From Endomicrobiales bacterium (GTDB lineage: Bacteria > Elusimicrobiota > Endomicrobiia > Endomicrobiales > CAWCFT01): a stretch of 64,000 bases of DNA. Under the pieces are notes generated by a model that ran no database searches, had not been told where the DNA came from, and saw only the letters and a list, made by a program, of their open reading frames with translations. The DNA is taken from NCBI GenBank assembly GCA_963794945.1, contig CAWCFT010000006.1, positions 64,001-128,000 of the forward strand. The letters run 5' to 3'. The position numbers were made by a program, and so were the translations under genes. This document shows, piece by piece, positions 42,038-52,068 of the stretch (positions are counted from its first letter, which is position 1; the number at the start of each line of letters is the position of its first letter).

Positions 42038-43309
42038 CACTTCTGTCCGGTTAAAAAGCGAACGCCATTGTTAGTTGGCGGTCTGTGTTTTTGATTTTAG
42101 GCAGCAATCGATCATTCAAATTAAGTAAGTCAATGAGATTGAGGCGTTCAAGAAGCGTTTCCTGAATGACTTTGTGCAGGTAGAACAGTGAATATTTATA
42201 TTTTGACTGATATTTGATGTAAGACAGAAGCAAGTAGTAGCACATGGCAATCCAGATCTGCGTAAGCACAGCGTTCTTTGAAGTGCCAAAGAATGTTTTG
42301 ATTTTAAGGTTCTGCTTGATCCACTTGAAAAAGACTTCAACTTGCCAGCGGGCTTTATAGATACCAGCAATAGTAGAAGCGGCAAGCTTGAAGTTGTTGG
42401 TAATAAAAACAAGCAGTTTATCGGTTTGCTTGTCATAGTAACGGATCAAGCGCAGTTCTTTGGGATAATCCTGCTTCTGATAAAAGCCGTTCAAGGCGAT
42501 AATTTCATCTGAAATTACGCTGTTTTTTGATGATTCAGGATGCTGTCCGGAAACAGTGTAATTGATGTTGTCTTTGGCTCTGGTAACGAAGAAAGCGCCT
42601 ACTGTGTCTATTGAATTAAACCAGGCAAAGTCTATATAGCCCTTGTCCATGCAGTAGATGCTGTCCGGCACAATGTCAAAAGAAGAACGGGCAACGGTTA
42701 TTTCGTGCTTTTTGGCATCTGTGACAACCATGAACGTGGGTATCTGCCCGGCATGGTCTAACTGGCAATGCAGTTTTATAGCCCCTTTGGTAGTGCGGAA
42801 TTTTGCCCATGAAAACATTGACAGGCACAAGTCAATGACTGTGGCGTCAAAAATGAACAATGGGTTTTTAAACTTGAATTTGTGTGTAGGGGTTATATTC
42901 TTACAGCGTTCAAGCAAGGCATAAAACAACCCTTCATATATGCGGTAGTCGCGTTTCTGGTTGGCATCGGCAAGAGTAGAACGGCGCACAATGGCAAGGC
43001 CGACATGGTAGAGCTTTCCGGCTTGCGCCAGAAAAGCATTAACAATATCACGCAAGCTGTCCTTGCCGCTGATTTGGGCATAAAGCATGACTGTTAGTTG
43101 TTTCCAGCAATTGAAGGTTTTGACGTATCTGTCCCCGAAATGACGAGAAACGAGGTTTTCAAAACGATGTCTCGGAATAAACGTTTGCAATTGGTTCATG
43201 ATAGTGTTATAATGCATCTTATCAATCCTCCGTCAGTAGATTTGTTCCTTTGCAGAAACATTCTACCTGATCGGGGGATTTTATTCAAATTTTAACCGGA
43301 CAGGTTCTG
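42038..43309 (-). mobile_element. IS4-family insertion sequence with terminal IRs and 9-bp target duplication
   Basis: IRs CACTTCTGTCCGGTTAAAA (42038-) and TTTTAACCGGACAGGTTCTG (-43309); ATATATTAT at 42029-42037 and 43310-43318. Confidence 0.9.
42051..43217 (-). CDS. IS4-family transposase (DUF4372 + DDE)
   Basis: DSLRDI, RSTLADAN, DATVIDL, DKGY, YKARWQVEVFFKWIKQ (YREK motif). Confidence 0.96.
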   Translation of the reverse strand: MHYNTIMNQLQTFIPRHRFENLVSRHFGDRYVKTFNCWKQLTVMLYAQISGKDSLRDIVNAFLAQAGKLYHVGLAIVRRSTLADANQKRDYRIYEGLFYALLERCKNITPTHKFKFKNPLFIFDATVIDLCLSMFSWAKFRTTKGAIKLHCQLDHAGQIPTFMVVTDAKKHEITVARSSFDIVPDSIYCMDKGYIDFAWFNSIDTVGAFFVTRAKDNINYTVSGQHPESSKNSVISDEIIALNGFYQKQDYPKELRLIRYYDKQTDKLLVFITNNFKLAASTIAGIYKARWQVEVFFKWIKQNLKIKTFFGTSKNAVLTQIWIAMCYYLLLSYIKYQSKYKYSLFYLHKVIQETLLERLNLIDLLNLNDRLLPKIKNTDRQLTMAFAF

Positions 43310-43354
43310 ATATATTATATATTAAAATGGATGACCATGTCAGCAGCAGTCTTG

Positions 43355-43850
43355 CTATATGCTGATCTTCTCATAAACCTTTTTTCCGGTTGTTTTATTT
43401 TTGCCGAAGAGTTCAATGGAACGCACCTTGGGAAAAGGCCTGCCTTCACTCTCGGTGATAAACATTTTTTCAAGGTAGGCTGGTTCCCCAGCGATGACTA
43501 TCTCTGCTTTCCCGCCCTCTTTACCGCCGTAAACTTCGATCTCTCTTTTTTTGAACGACTTTATCACAAGATGGCACATACCGTTTGCTTTATCGTACTT
43601 GCATTTAAAACCGTACGCCTTTTTGTCAAAAAAACCCAGCTTTTCCCTGTGCCCATCTTTAGCGGCCATTATCCAATACGCTGTGACTGGATGTTTCTGG
43701 GTCCAATTTCCCGTCAGGCCCAATATTGACATCGTAATGCACCTCGTTAGTATTCTTGGTGCGCGTGATAATGAACAAGGGTTTTGTTTGTTCCGCTAAA
43801 ACGTTCGCAGCCATAAGCAAAAATATCAAGACAAACAACATATATTTCAT
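43355..43850 (-). CDS. DUF4833-family secreted protein (frameshift near 43695)
   Basis: PLFIITRTKNTNEVHYD / HPVTAYW..KKAYG; paralog of 6480-6977. Confidence 0.78.
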
Positions 43851-43884
43851 TGTAGTACCCTCCCATTATCGTAGTTAACTCGGA

Positions 43885-44088
43885 TCACATCTTCGGCCCG
43901 CGGAGCAAACCAAAAAATCCCACGCCTGCCACGAACGCCCCGCCTATCATAAGCCATATCGTTTTATTTGTAGGCGAACCCGTAAAGAATCGTGAAATAT
44001 CAGAATTAAACGAGTTCGAAGCCTTGACGCCGTAAATGATCAGTATTATTCCAACGATAATAAGCGCAACAGCTATGCCCCTATTCAT
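43885..44088 (-). CDS. DUF3185-family small membrane protein
   Basis: ASNSFNSDISRFFTGSPTNKTIWL. Confidence 0.88.
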   Translation of the reverse strand: MNRGIAVALIIVGIILIIYGVKASNSFNSDISRFFTGSPTNKTIWLMIGGAFVAGVGFFGLLRGPKM

Positions 44089-44101
44089 ATAAATCTCCTT
44101 G

Positions 44102-44974
44102 CTATTCTTTGCAGCAGTTAAGCGCTGCGTCTACAGTTTTGTTGTAGTTCTCGACGTGGCTCTTTAGCTGGTCCGGCGCAACGCCTTCTTTGAGCAGGGC
44201 TTCCATCCTCTGCTTTACTTCTTTAACGTTATCCCACATAAGGCTCTTGAACAACCGTAATGAGCCTTCTTCACCCATCGCGCATTTTCCGTCCTGGTAT
44301 ACCAGCGGCACCACAAGCTCGCCCGCGCCCTTCAGGCAATTCTTGTGGACTTTTTCCATCTCGGTGTGCGCGGGGCCCGCGGAAACGTCTTTTTTTATTA
44401 TGTTGAACATTTTGTAAAGGTCGTTGCGCACAAGAAAAGCCTCTAATGTCTTGCAATGCACACAGTCGGCTTCGTAAAAGATCGTGACGTTCTTTTTCAG
44501 CAGATCCGCGTTCTTCTCCTGTGCGGCGAGCTTTTGGGGCTGCAGGATTATCTCCCAAAACATGCGGAAGAGCCGGTACGATCTTTCGAAATACGGTTTT
44601 GCCTGGGAGAGCTCTTTTTTATTGAGCACCTTGGTGCCGACTTCCATAAGCCTCATGGACGACGCGAGCAGGTGCTTGCCGATGCACCACACTTCACCCT
44701 CGTAGTCCACAACTATCTGTTTAAGAAGCACTTTCCTTATCTCGCGCACCTCGTTTAGCAGGTCGTAGTAGCTGTCTTTGCCCGTTTTGTTAGCGGTAAA
44801 AAACAGGTGTTCTTCGATGCTTATCAGGTTCATTATGCCTATGCTTAGGTCTTCGTCAAGCGAAAGGTCAAGCTCGCGCCCTTTGGCTGCCTCTTTCATT
44901 TTATCGAGAAAACCCGCTATATCTTTTTTTCCTGCCACCGCGCCTGCGTGAGCGTTCAAACGTTTGCTTTTCAT
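44102..44974 (-). CDS. Hypothetical helical domain fused to glutaredoxin-like CxxC domain
   Basis: DEDLSIGIMNLISIEEH..GEVWCIGKHLL; FYEADCVHC..VP; ends NCCKE; RBS GGAGGG. Confidence 0.7.
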   Translation of the reverse strand: MKSKRLNAHAGAVAGKKDIAGFLDKMKEAAKGRELDLSLDEDLSIGIMNLISIEEHLFFTANKTGKDSYYDLLNEVREIRKVLLKQIVVDYEGEVWCIGKHLLASSMRLMEVGTKVLNKKELSQAKPYFERSYRLFRMFWEIILQPQKLAAQEKNADLLKKNVTIFYEADCVHCKTLEAFLVRNDLYKMFNIIKKDVSAGPAHTEMEKVHKNCLKGAGELVVPLVYQDGKCAMGEEGSLRLFKSLMWDNVKEVKQRMEALLKEGVAPDQLKSHVENYNKTVDAALNCCKE

Positions 44975-45084
44975 GCTGTGTCCCTCCATTTAACTGCATC
45001 TCCCATCAATGAACATCTACACGAACAATGAACTGCGAGAATAACTGACAACGCGAAACATAGTATTGTCTTTTTCATAACCTT

Positions 45085-45993
45085 TTAGAACATATACGTA
45101 AAGTTGCAGACAATGATGCTTATCTTATAGCTTAACAAGCTGTTGTCAATGAATGAATCAGTGTAAATGTAAGTAAGCTTGAAAGATACCCCTGTCCGTT
45201 TAATGGTTTTTTCCAACCCTCCTTCAAAATAGAAAGTATCGGTTCTACTGTCATCGTTTATCTGTTGGAGCCCCGGACCTGCCTTTAATGTCAGTCTGAT
45301 GCCTTTTACCAGTCCTCTTCTATATGCGATCAACAAACGTTGAAAATTTATTGTTTCGGGATTGAAATATCCCGTAGTATCGATCTTTGTATCCCTGAAC
45401 TGGCGGTGCCATAGCTGCAGAGACAAACCCTCCAACGGGAGGAACAAAATGACTTTTCCAAGCAGCCCGGTCCTTTCATTGCCGTCACTAAAACTTCTAC
45501 TGTCACCGCCCGTGATTAAAATAAACTTTTTGCATATAGGTATATCGGCGCTCTCTGACCAGGTGAAAACCGAAATATCATTATCCAAAGCATAAAACGT
45601 ATCTAATATGCTTTTATCGATGCTTGTTTCAAGGCGAAATCCGCCGGGAGCCGTATAGACGGCATTGCCGTTGAACACAAGCATGGATTTATCCAGGTAT
45701 TGCAGGGAGCCGCCTTGAACGGACAACGCCCATCTGTCATATGCTTTATTCGTATACCTTAACTGATAAGACTGCGTGTTTTCTGACCTTGCCGGATCAC
45801 TGTAGCCTGAAAAACCAAACAACAACCCAAGCGTCGATTTGTTCCTTATCTCATCGTTTATGGATAATACTTGCTGCGATAATATCATACTGTCGCTATC
45901 CTTAGTAAAGTATCCGTCATATGAAGGAAATAAAGCAGCCTTTGAGGCAGATGCGAACAACAACACAGGAAGTATGATCATTGTTCTTTTCAT
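45085..45993 (-). CDS. Exported beta-barrel-like protein (fused to GT2 in track by an extra A)
   Basis: Own signal peptide MKRTMIILPVLLFASASKA; GYFNP; terminal FTYMF. Confidence 0.7.
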   Translation of the reverse strand: MKRTMIILPVLLFASASKAALFPSYDGYFTKDSDSMILSQQVLSINDEIRNKSTLGLLFGFSGYSDPARSENTQSYQLRYTNKAYDRWALSVQGGSLQYLDKSMLVFNGNAVYTAPGGFRLETSIDKSILDTFYALDNDISVFTWSESADIPICKKFILITGGDSRSFSDGNERTGLLGKVILFLPLEGLSLQLWHRQFRDTKIDTTGYFNPETINFQRLLIAYRRGLVKGIRLTLKAGPGLQQINDDSRTDTFYFEGGLEKTIKRTGVSFKLTYIYTDSFIDNSLLSYKISIIVCNFTYMF

Positions 45994-47277
45994 CTTGAAC
46001 CCCAGGTTTTTTTCAAGGACCAGCAGCTCCGTAAAATACCCTGATACCGACGCGGGCGCAAGGAAAAATTGATAAATGGCAACATAAAGGAAAAGCCCCC
46101 ACAAATTCCTTCTTACCTTCAACCCTTGTGTGCGGAACATATGGTTCTGTATCATGAACATCAGGCAACTTATTAGAAAAGTCATCGGCAAAACAAGCAG
46201 CGTGAAAGGTCCAGCAACGTAAAAATACCCGAACAAAGCCATTATTACCCCGGGAATGAATATAAAAAGGTAAACCGAATCGAGTATTGGGAACGCCGTG
46301 TTCCAGAATATGAACAATGTTGAGAACCTGTATTTAAACAATATTTGAGGATTAAACTTAAAACCTTCTATCATACCCCTTGCCCAGCGCTTTTTCTGCT
46401 GATAAAATGCGCTGTATGTTTCCGGGGCATTAGTAAATGCGACCGCGTTTTCCGCGAACCCCGTGCGGTCGCCGCGGCTCAGCAAATCCCACGTAAGCAC
46501 AATATCTTCACCAACAGTCTGTTTCCATCCGCCTATCTTCAAAATAATGTCTTTGCGGTAAATGGAAAATGCCCCCTGCACTACAAGTGTGCCCTGAAAA
46601 AGGCTCTGCATCCTTTTTATTGACCCTATACCCAAGAAATAATCCCATTCCTGAAGTTTTGTAATAATATTCTTCCTGGAGTTCCTTACCAGCACGGCTC
46701 CGGCTACAGCCGCCATGTTTGGCGGATCTGAATACAAACGCTCAACTATGTTCTTTAAAGCATTGCGCCAAAGATATGTATCTGAGTCAACCGATACTAT
46801 CAGGCCATACTTTGCCTCTCTTAGGCCAGTATTCAGCGCTTCGGCTTTGCCTTTGTGCTCATTCCTTAAACATTTTATACCCGGCAATTCCGCGAGTATC
46901 TGGGCAGTTTCATCAGATGAACCGTCGTCAATGACTATTATCTCAAAAAGCCCTTCATACTCGTTTTGCCTTATGGATCTAACGGTGCCCACGATCTTGC
47001 TTGACTCATTATAATCTGGGATTAGGATAGTGAGCCCGGGCAATCCGCCAAGATATCTTGCTTGAGGGCGGCGGTCCACCAGCAGGCTCAGGGCAACAAA
47101 TGTATAAATAAAACCCGGGATGATCGCTATTGTGTATACAATAAAGCTTGCCAGGTAGAACGGCATATGTTTCGTGAGGCCTTTCATCCAGGGGGCCGCC
47201 AAATACACGCACAAAACTACCCATACTACTGAAGCGGCCAAACACAAATAAAATTTATCTTTTACGGGAACGTACAT
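45990..47277 (-). CDS. Processive GT2 glycosyltransferase (PgaC/IcaA-like)
   Basis: DDGSSD, GKAEALN, DSD, GED, QKKRW; removing one A from the A run gives ..KTWGSR* with ATGA overlap. Confidence 0.85.
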
Positions 47278-47330
47278 ATGGCTACCAGGGCCAGCGTTGT
47301 AAAATGTAAAATCTAAATCTTTCCGCGACG

Positions 47331-48461
47331 TTATACAAACAAATATGTATACGCTGTCAGTATAAAATAGAACACGGGCGTCCTGTTAGCTTCAAGCGCC
47401 TTGGCGGAAAAGGTACTGAACTTGATGTTAACATGCTCGAACAGCACCACGTCGCAGCCGAGACCAGCGCTCACCGATGATTTCAGATTGTAGACATTAC
47501 CGAGGTCCCTTGCATTGCCTATCTGCGCCGTCTCACCCGTGAGGTCTATGGTCATTATGCGGAATTTGGCCCTCAAAGCCTTTTCTTTTACGTTCCTTAC
47601 TATAGGTATGTGATAGTTCAATCTGCCGTACACCAGGGTGTCGCCATAGAATTCCCTGTAGTTGTACCCTCTAAGTATATCGTAACCCCCCACAAGATAA
47701 ACATCGCTTATCGGCCTTAAGTCCGTTGTCATCGGGAAATAGTATTTGAAATCTGACTCGAGGTAATCCCATGTCCTCGGCATGTATGTGTTCTTCGCCT
47801 CTATCTCGCCTTTGGTATATTCGTAATCACTCCCTAAGCCGCAGTACGAGCCGTAAAGCGTGGCGGACAACATGCTCCCGTTTGGGACAGGGTTCAACAC
47901 GTTAGATGTGTCATACTTGATGCCAACGGACTCAAGCAGGACATTACCTTTATCGTAATCTACAGTGTTATCTACTGAAGCCGTAAGCGTGTTGCCGAAC
48001 GAAGACGCTACTTTAAGCTCCGTAAACCTGCCAAGCTTATACCCGAAATACGGGATGATGTTATGCACTCGCTCAAAATAAGTCTTTGGGCCCAGGTTCA
48101 GCTCGAAATATATCGTGTCATCGAGAGCCCCGCCCGCAAAGAAAGGCGCAAAGTTGTACCTCAGATCAAACCCTATATGGAAAAAGGTGTTAAGCATGTC
48201 GTATCTGGATGCAACATCGAACGTAGTGCTGGATATCTGCTGATGAACAGATAATTGTATTTCACTGTTCGGCAATATGAAGCTGAAGTCCGGCACCTGA
48301 ACCATTCTAGCGTCGGTTATCTTTATATTGGGCATATCGCTGGCCGGATCGGCCTTGGCGAACGTAATCAACGTGCAAACGGCACATACCGCGAATATAA
48401 TAACTCGCGCCTTCTTAAGGTTTCGTATCGGTACATACATGGGTATCTTACTTTTCTGCAA
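47331..48461 (-). CDS. BamA/TamA surface-antigen-like outer-membrane protein
   Basis: Signal peptide; LGSDYEY, VGGYDILRGY..FYGD motif. Confidence 0.65.
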   Translation of the reverse strand: MQKSKIPMYVPIRNLKKARVIIFAVCAVCTLITFAKADPASDMPNIKITDARMVQVPDFSFILPNSEIQLSVHQQISSTTFDVASRYDMLNTFFHIGFDLRYNFAPFFAGGALDDTIYFELNLGPKTYFERVHNIIPYFGYKLGRFTELKVASSFGNTLTASVDNTVDYDKGNVLLESVGIKYDTSNVLNPVPNGSMLSATLYGSYCGLGSDYEYTKGEIEAKNTYMPRTWDYLESDFKYYFPMTTDLRPISDVYLVGGYDILRGYNYREFYGDTLVYGRLNYHIPIVRNVKEKALRAKFRIMTIDLTGETAQIGNARDLGNVYNLKSSVSAGLGCDVVLFEHVNIKFSTFSAKALEANRTPVFYFILTAYTYLFV

Positions 48462-48491
48462 CTCTATGTATATAACGGATAATGACTATCA

Positions 48492-49967
48492 CTATTTAGC
48501 TGACGCGGATGTTCCTATAGCTTCACCGCTAACTATCAACTCAACCCTGCGGTTTTGTTGACGCCCTTCAGGCGTGTCGTTCGTCGCGATCGGAACGGTT
48601 TTGCCAAACCCGCGCGATGCTATGGAACTGCCCGCGACACCCTGGTTGACAAGATAATCCTTCGCTGCCTGGGCTCTTTGTTCCGATAACCCCTGATTGT
48701 ATTCATCCGAGCCGACGCTGTCGGTGTGCCCTTCAACACTGAGTTTTAAATCGGGATGGGCCGATAAAATTCCCGCGATTTTTGCCAGTTTCTCACGGAC
48801 CGCAGGCCTGAGGTTAGAACTTCCTGACTGGAAAAGAGAGTCTGGCATGCTAACGATCAATCCCCTGGCTGTATCGCGTGTTTGAAGGATTGAATTTAAC
48901 TGTGTCAACAGTTGGGCCCGTAATACGGCTTGATCGCCTTCGGCCTTTTTTGCTCTATTATTGGCGACATCCGCCTGTCCTGAAGCGCTGGTCGCCAAAG
49001 CAAGTGCCGCGGCACGCTCTGTATCCGACTGGCCTTTTGCCACCTCGGCTCTGGCCCGTGCGTCTTCAGCTTGCGCCTGCCCCAGAGTTGCGGCGTTAGC
49101 CTGGCTATTGGCCATGGCTATCTGATCCTTCGATTTCTGTTGCTCTTTAGCAAGAGCTTCATCCGTCTCACGTTTCACGGCTATGGCACGGCTGTCCTCA
49201 GCGCTTTGAACGGCTTCTCGAGCAGTCATTGAACGGCCTTTTTTCCCGCCTTCCTTTGTTTCAGACAAAGCAAGAAGCCTCTCGGCATTTGCAAAACCTT
49301 CAGCCGCGTAGATATCCGCGCCGGCGTTTTTGGCTATTCTAACAGCATTGCGGGCTTGATAAACATAAAAAGGCGTTTTCTTATCAACGGCTTGCGGCTG
49401 GATATCAGTGGCGGATATATTTTTTGTGTATTCTCCTGCCGGAAGCAGTTCATATTTTGCATCAACTAACTCGATCTTATCTGTGTTCCCCGGCTTTATC
49501 GCGTTTTCCAGGATCACGACACTTCCCGGTTGAGAAACAGCGAAATAAGGCTCCGCCGTCACGATAAGGCTCAAGGCCTGGAGAGATGTTTGTGCGTTCA
49601 GCCGGCTTTCGCCGTTTTTAACTATAAGTTCTCCAAGGTTGGTTGCCCTTCCATCAGGCGATATTGCCCACAAAACATAGGTCAAATATTCGATGCCGAA
49701 TTGGCTGGGTGCGGTCAAGTTCTCAAATTCCGTTTTAATTACCGTCTCACCTGCTTTATTCCTCACATTAGCGGTTCCTTTGGCGTTTGGAAGAAGCACG
49801 GTGCCTTTGAAATCAATATCAACAGACCCTTTCAGGTTCCTGTAATTGATAGCTTTCGCCGCCTTTTGCACGGCTGTGACCTGGTTTGCGGCTTGTGCCG
49901 TGTTTATCCAAGTTTGCCCAATCAAAAACATGCTGAAAATGAACAATGCGTTTAACTTTAACTTCAT
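48492..49967 (-). CDS. OmpA-family protein with N-terminal domain and coiled coil
   Basis: Start MKLKLN with RBS AAGGAG; TARGLIV, VEGHTDS, NQGLSEQRA, GRQQNRRVE. Confidence 0.9.
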   Translation of the reverse strand: MKLKLNALFIFSMFLIGQTWINTAQAANQVTAVQKAAKAINYRNLKGSVDIDFKGTVLLPNAKGTANVRNKAGETVIKTEFENLTAPSQFGIEYLTYVLWAISPDGRATNLGELIVKNGESRLNAQTSLQALSLIVTAEPYFAVSQPGSVVILENAIKPGNTDKIELVDAKYELLPAGEYTKNISATDIQPQAVDKKTPFYVYQARNAVRIAKNAGADIYAAEGFANAERLLALSETKEGGKKGRSMTAREAVQSAEDSRAIAVKRETDEALAKEQQKSKDQIAMANSQANAATLGQAQAEDARARAEVAKGQSDTERAAALALATSASGQADVANNRAKKAEGDQAVLRAQLLTQLNSILQTRDTARGLIVSMPDSLFQSGSSNLRPAVREKLAKIAGILSAHPDLKLSVEGHTDSVGSDEYNQGLSEQRAQAAKDYLVNQGVAGSSIASRGFGKTVPIATNDTPEGRQQNRRVELIVSGEAIGTSASAK

Positions 49968-49993
49968 AAAATTCTCCTTTGTCCTTTTAGACT

Positions 49994-50143
49994 TCACAAG
50001 ACCTTGCGGCCCTGGATAAGACGGATCAGCACTACCACAATAGCCACAACCAACAGAATATGGATGAACCCGCCCATCGTGTACGAACTGACCAGCCCTA
50101 ACAACCACAATATCAACAACACAACAGCTATCGTCCAAAGCAT
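49994..50143 (-). CDS. lmo0937-family small membrane protein (not in ORF track)
   Basis: MLWTIAVVLLILWLLGLVSSYTMGGFIHILLVVAIVVVLIRLIQGRKVL*. Confidence 0.9.
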   Translation of the reverse strand: MLWTIAVVLLILWLLGLVSSYTMGGFIHILLVVAIVVVLIRLIQGRKVL

Positions 50144-50169
50144 ATTCTCCCCCCGGATTTTTGAGCGGC

Positions 50170-50445
50170 TTATCTGCCTATATTTTCGATATATCTTCCA
50201 ACGTCCTTGATCTCCTTGCCGGCCGACCGCACCATTCCTTCAATATTGTTTTTCTGCTTGATTATTTTTTCTTTGGTTTTCAGGATCATCTCTTCCGCAC
50301 CGGAAACCAGGTCGTCTTCGGCGCCCAATATTTTTTTTCGGGTCTCTTTCCCGGAAGCCGGAGCATAGAGCACACCTAACCCTAATCCGAGAATACCCCC
50401 GATAACAAACGCTGTGAATACTTCTCCAGTGTGACTTGTTGCCAT
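50170..50445 (-). CDS. YtxH-domain protein
   Basis: GGILGLGLGVLYAPASGKETRKKI. Confidence 0.88.
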   Translation of the reverse strand: MATSHTGEVFTAFVIGGILGLGLGVLYAPASGKETRKKILGAEDDLVSGAEEMILKTKEKIIKQKNNIEGMVRSAGKEIKDVGRYIENIGR

Positions 50446-50490
50446 AACAGGCCTCCTCTTGAACAGTAATATTAAATTGCGGCTCCGGCT

Positions 50491-50943
50491 CTATTTTACG
50501 ATAACTTCGAAAATCACCCTCATGTTGGCTTTTGCTTGTCTCGACTCGATGTGCTTCGGCACAGGCTCATACTCAGCCGACTTCAAGTCGCCGTAGGCAA
50601 ATACTTTCAGCCTTTCCGGCGCAATATCCCCCGCTATAAGTATTTTCCTTACGGTATTTGCCCTTCTTTCGCTCAGCTTCTGGTTGTACTCACCGGTGCC
50701 GGACGCCGAAGTATACCCCGCGATACGGACCTTAGCTCCGGGATTATCGTTAAGCGCCCTGATATTGTGTATCATCGCCCTCTCACCGCTTCTTGTAAGG
50801 GTGTCCGTACCGAATTTAAAATGCGCGTCCTCAAGTATGATGAGCTTATCAAGGTCAACTACCTTAGGCTCATTTGAGGTCGCGCATGAAAACAATACAA
50901 ACCCGATTACAGCCAGCACCGACAACATTATGATATTTTTCAT
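50491..50943 (-). CDS. OmpA-family lipoprotein
   Basis: Lipobox LFSC; AGYTS, YNQKLSERRA, ANMRV. Confidence 0.88.
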   Translation of the reverse strand: MKNIIMLSVLAVIGFVLFSCATSNEPKVVDLDKLIILEDAHFKFGTDTLTRSGERAMIHNIRALNDNPGAKVRIAGYTSASGTGEYNQKLSERRANTVRKILIAGDIAPERLKVFAYGDLKSAEYEPVPKHIESRQAKANMRVIFEVIVK

Positions 50944-50963
50944 ACATTATCCTCTATCGCAGC

Positions 50964-51587
50964 TCAGCGGTGTTCTTCCTCGCCCCTGCCTTCGCCTCCG
51001 TGGCCTTCTTCACGGCCGCCGCCCCGGCCCATATTTTGCCCGCCGCCTTCACCGCCGTTCTGAGGCGCCTGTTCTCCACACCTTCCAGGATTATTGATGC
51101 CGGCCCCAGTTCTGTTTTCACCGCCTCTATCCGGATTGACAGAACCGGCCTGTGTTTTCACCGCACGGCTGCTTACATTTTTCGCGCGCCCTGGACGCCC
51201 TTTCCATGATTTATAACGGATATGCGGCTGCCGGGCGAACTTTGTACGGTAGTCCGTCGGAACCCTGAATACCGCCCTCGGAACATCCTGGCCTCTGATC
51301 CGGCCCCATCCGCTGCGGTAATATCTGGAACGGTACCAATAGCTTCCTCTCCGGGACCACCAAAACCCGTTGAAGAAAAATATGTCATACGCGAGGCCGG
51401 GGACAAAATAAACCCCGTAACCCGGCGCATAAACGATCTCGTCCGGTTCGTCGTACATAATGACCGGCGGGCCGATGTTCACCTCAACGTTAACTCCCGC
51501 GAATACTTCCCAGTCAGCACCCGGCGGGATTATCCCCGAAGCAAATATCGTCACTACTGCCAAAAACTCGCAAAAATACTTTTTCAT
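50964..51587 (-). CDS. Exported protein with aromatic beta-rich core and Gly/Arg/Glu tail
   Basis: GVNVEVNIGPP, VYFVP..DIFFFNGFWW..YWYRSRYY. Confidence 0.7.
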   Translation of the reverse strand: MKKYFCEFLAVVTIFASGIIPPGADWEVFAGVNVEVNIGPPVIMYDEPDEIVYAPGYGVYFVPGLAYDIFFFNGFWWSRRGSYWYRSRYYRSGWGRIRGQDVPRAVFRVPTDYRTKFARQPHIRYKSWKGRPGRAKNVSSRAVKTQAGSVNPDRGGENRTGAGINNPGRCGEQAPQNGGEGGGQNMGRGGGREEGHGGEGRGEEEHR

Positions 51588-51628
51588 GTTTTATCTCCCG
51601 CCTTCATCATAAATATTTTTGTTTTGTC

Positions 51629-52008
51629 TCATTGGTTCAACCTTGTTATTTTCGCCTGGCTTAGCTTTACGCTGACACCTGTTTGTTCCTTAATAATGTT
51701 TTCTAGGTTTTCATCGGTACAGCGGTTGGGGTCAAATCTAACTACTTTCGCGTGCTTGAGGTCTAACGAACTTCTAGATGATCCCGGCAGATATATCGCA
51801 CCGGTGCTGAAGTCTACGGCGAAAGCTATAACACCCGGGATTATGAACAGGAGCAGCCCGATACCGTCAAGGACAGCTACCCCTCCGTCAATCCTGCCGC
51901 CGCGCTGCCCCTTCGCCCGGGATATATGATAGTCCCGCAGCCTGCCGTTTGAACGATCAGTACCCCGCAGATAAACAGCCTTAGCGCGCATAATAATTTT
52001 GACATCAT
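51629..52008 (-). CDS. Lipoprotein (frameshift near 51910)
   Basis: RBS GGAGGG, MMSKLL..TAGCGTIIYP / GQRGGRIDGGVAVLDGIGLLLFIIPGVIAFAVDFSTGAIYLP. Confidence 0.75.
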
Positions 52009-52068
52009 AAACACCCTCCAGTTTTCCGGCCACTAGAACAGCAATTCCAATTTTCTTTCCAAGATATT

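Noticed and set aside
45085..47277. 730-aa GT2-beta-barrel fusion
   Set aside because: The junction is an A run; removing one A gives a natural ..KTWGSR* end with ATGA overlap and an independent signal peptide.
48492..50138. 548-aa OmpA with odd Cys-rich N-terminus
   Set aside because: The extension overlaps the lmo0937-family gene in another frame; the real start is 49967 with an RBS.
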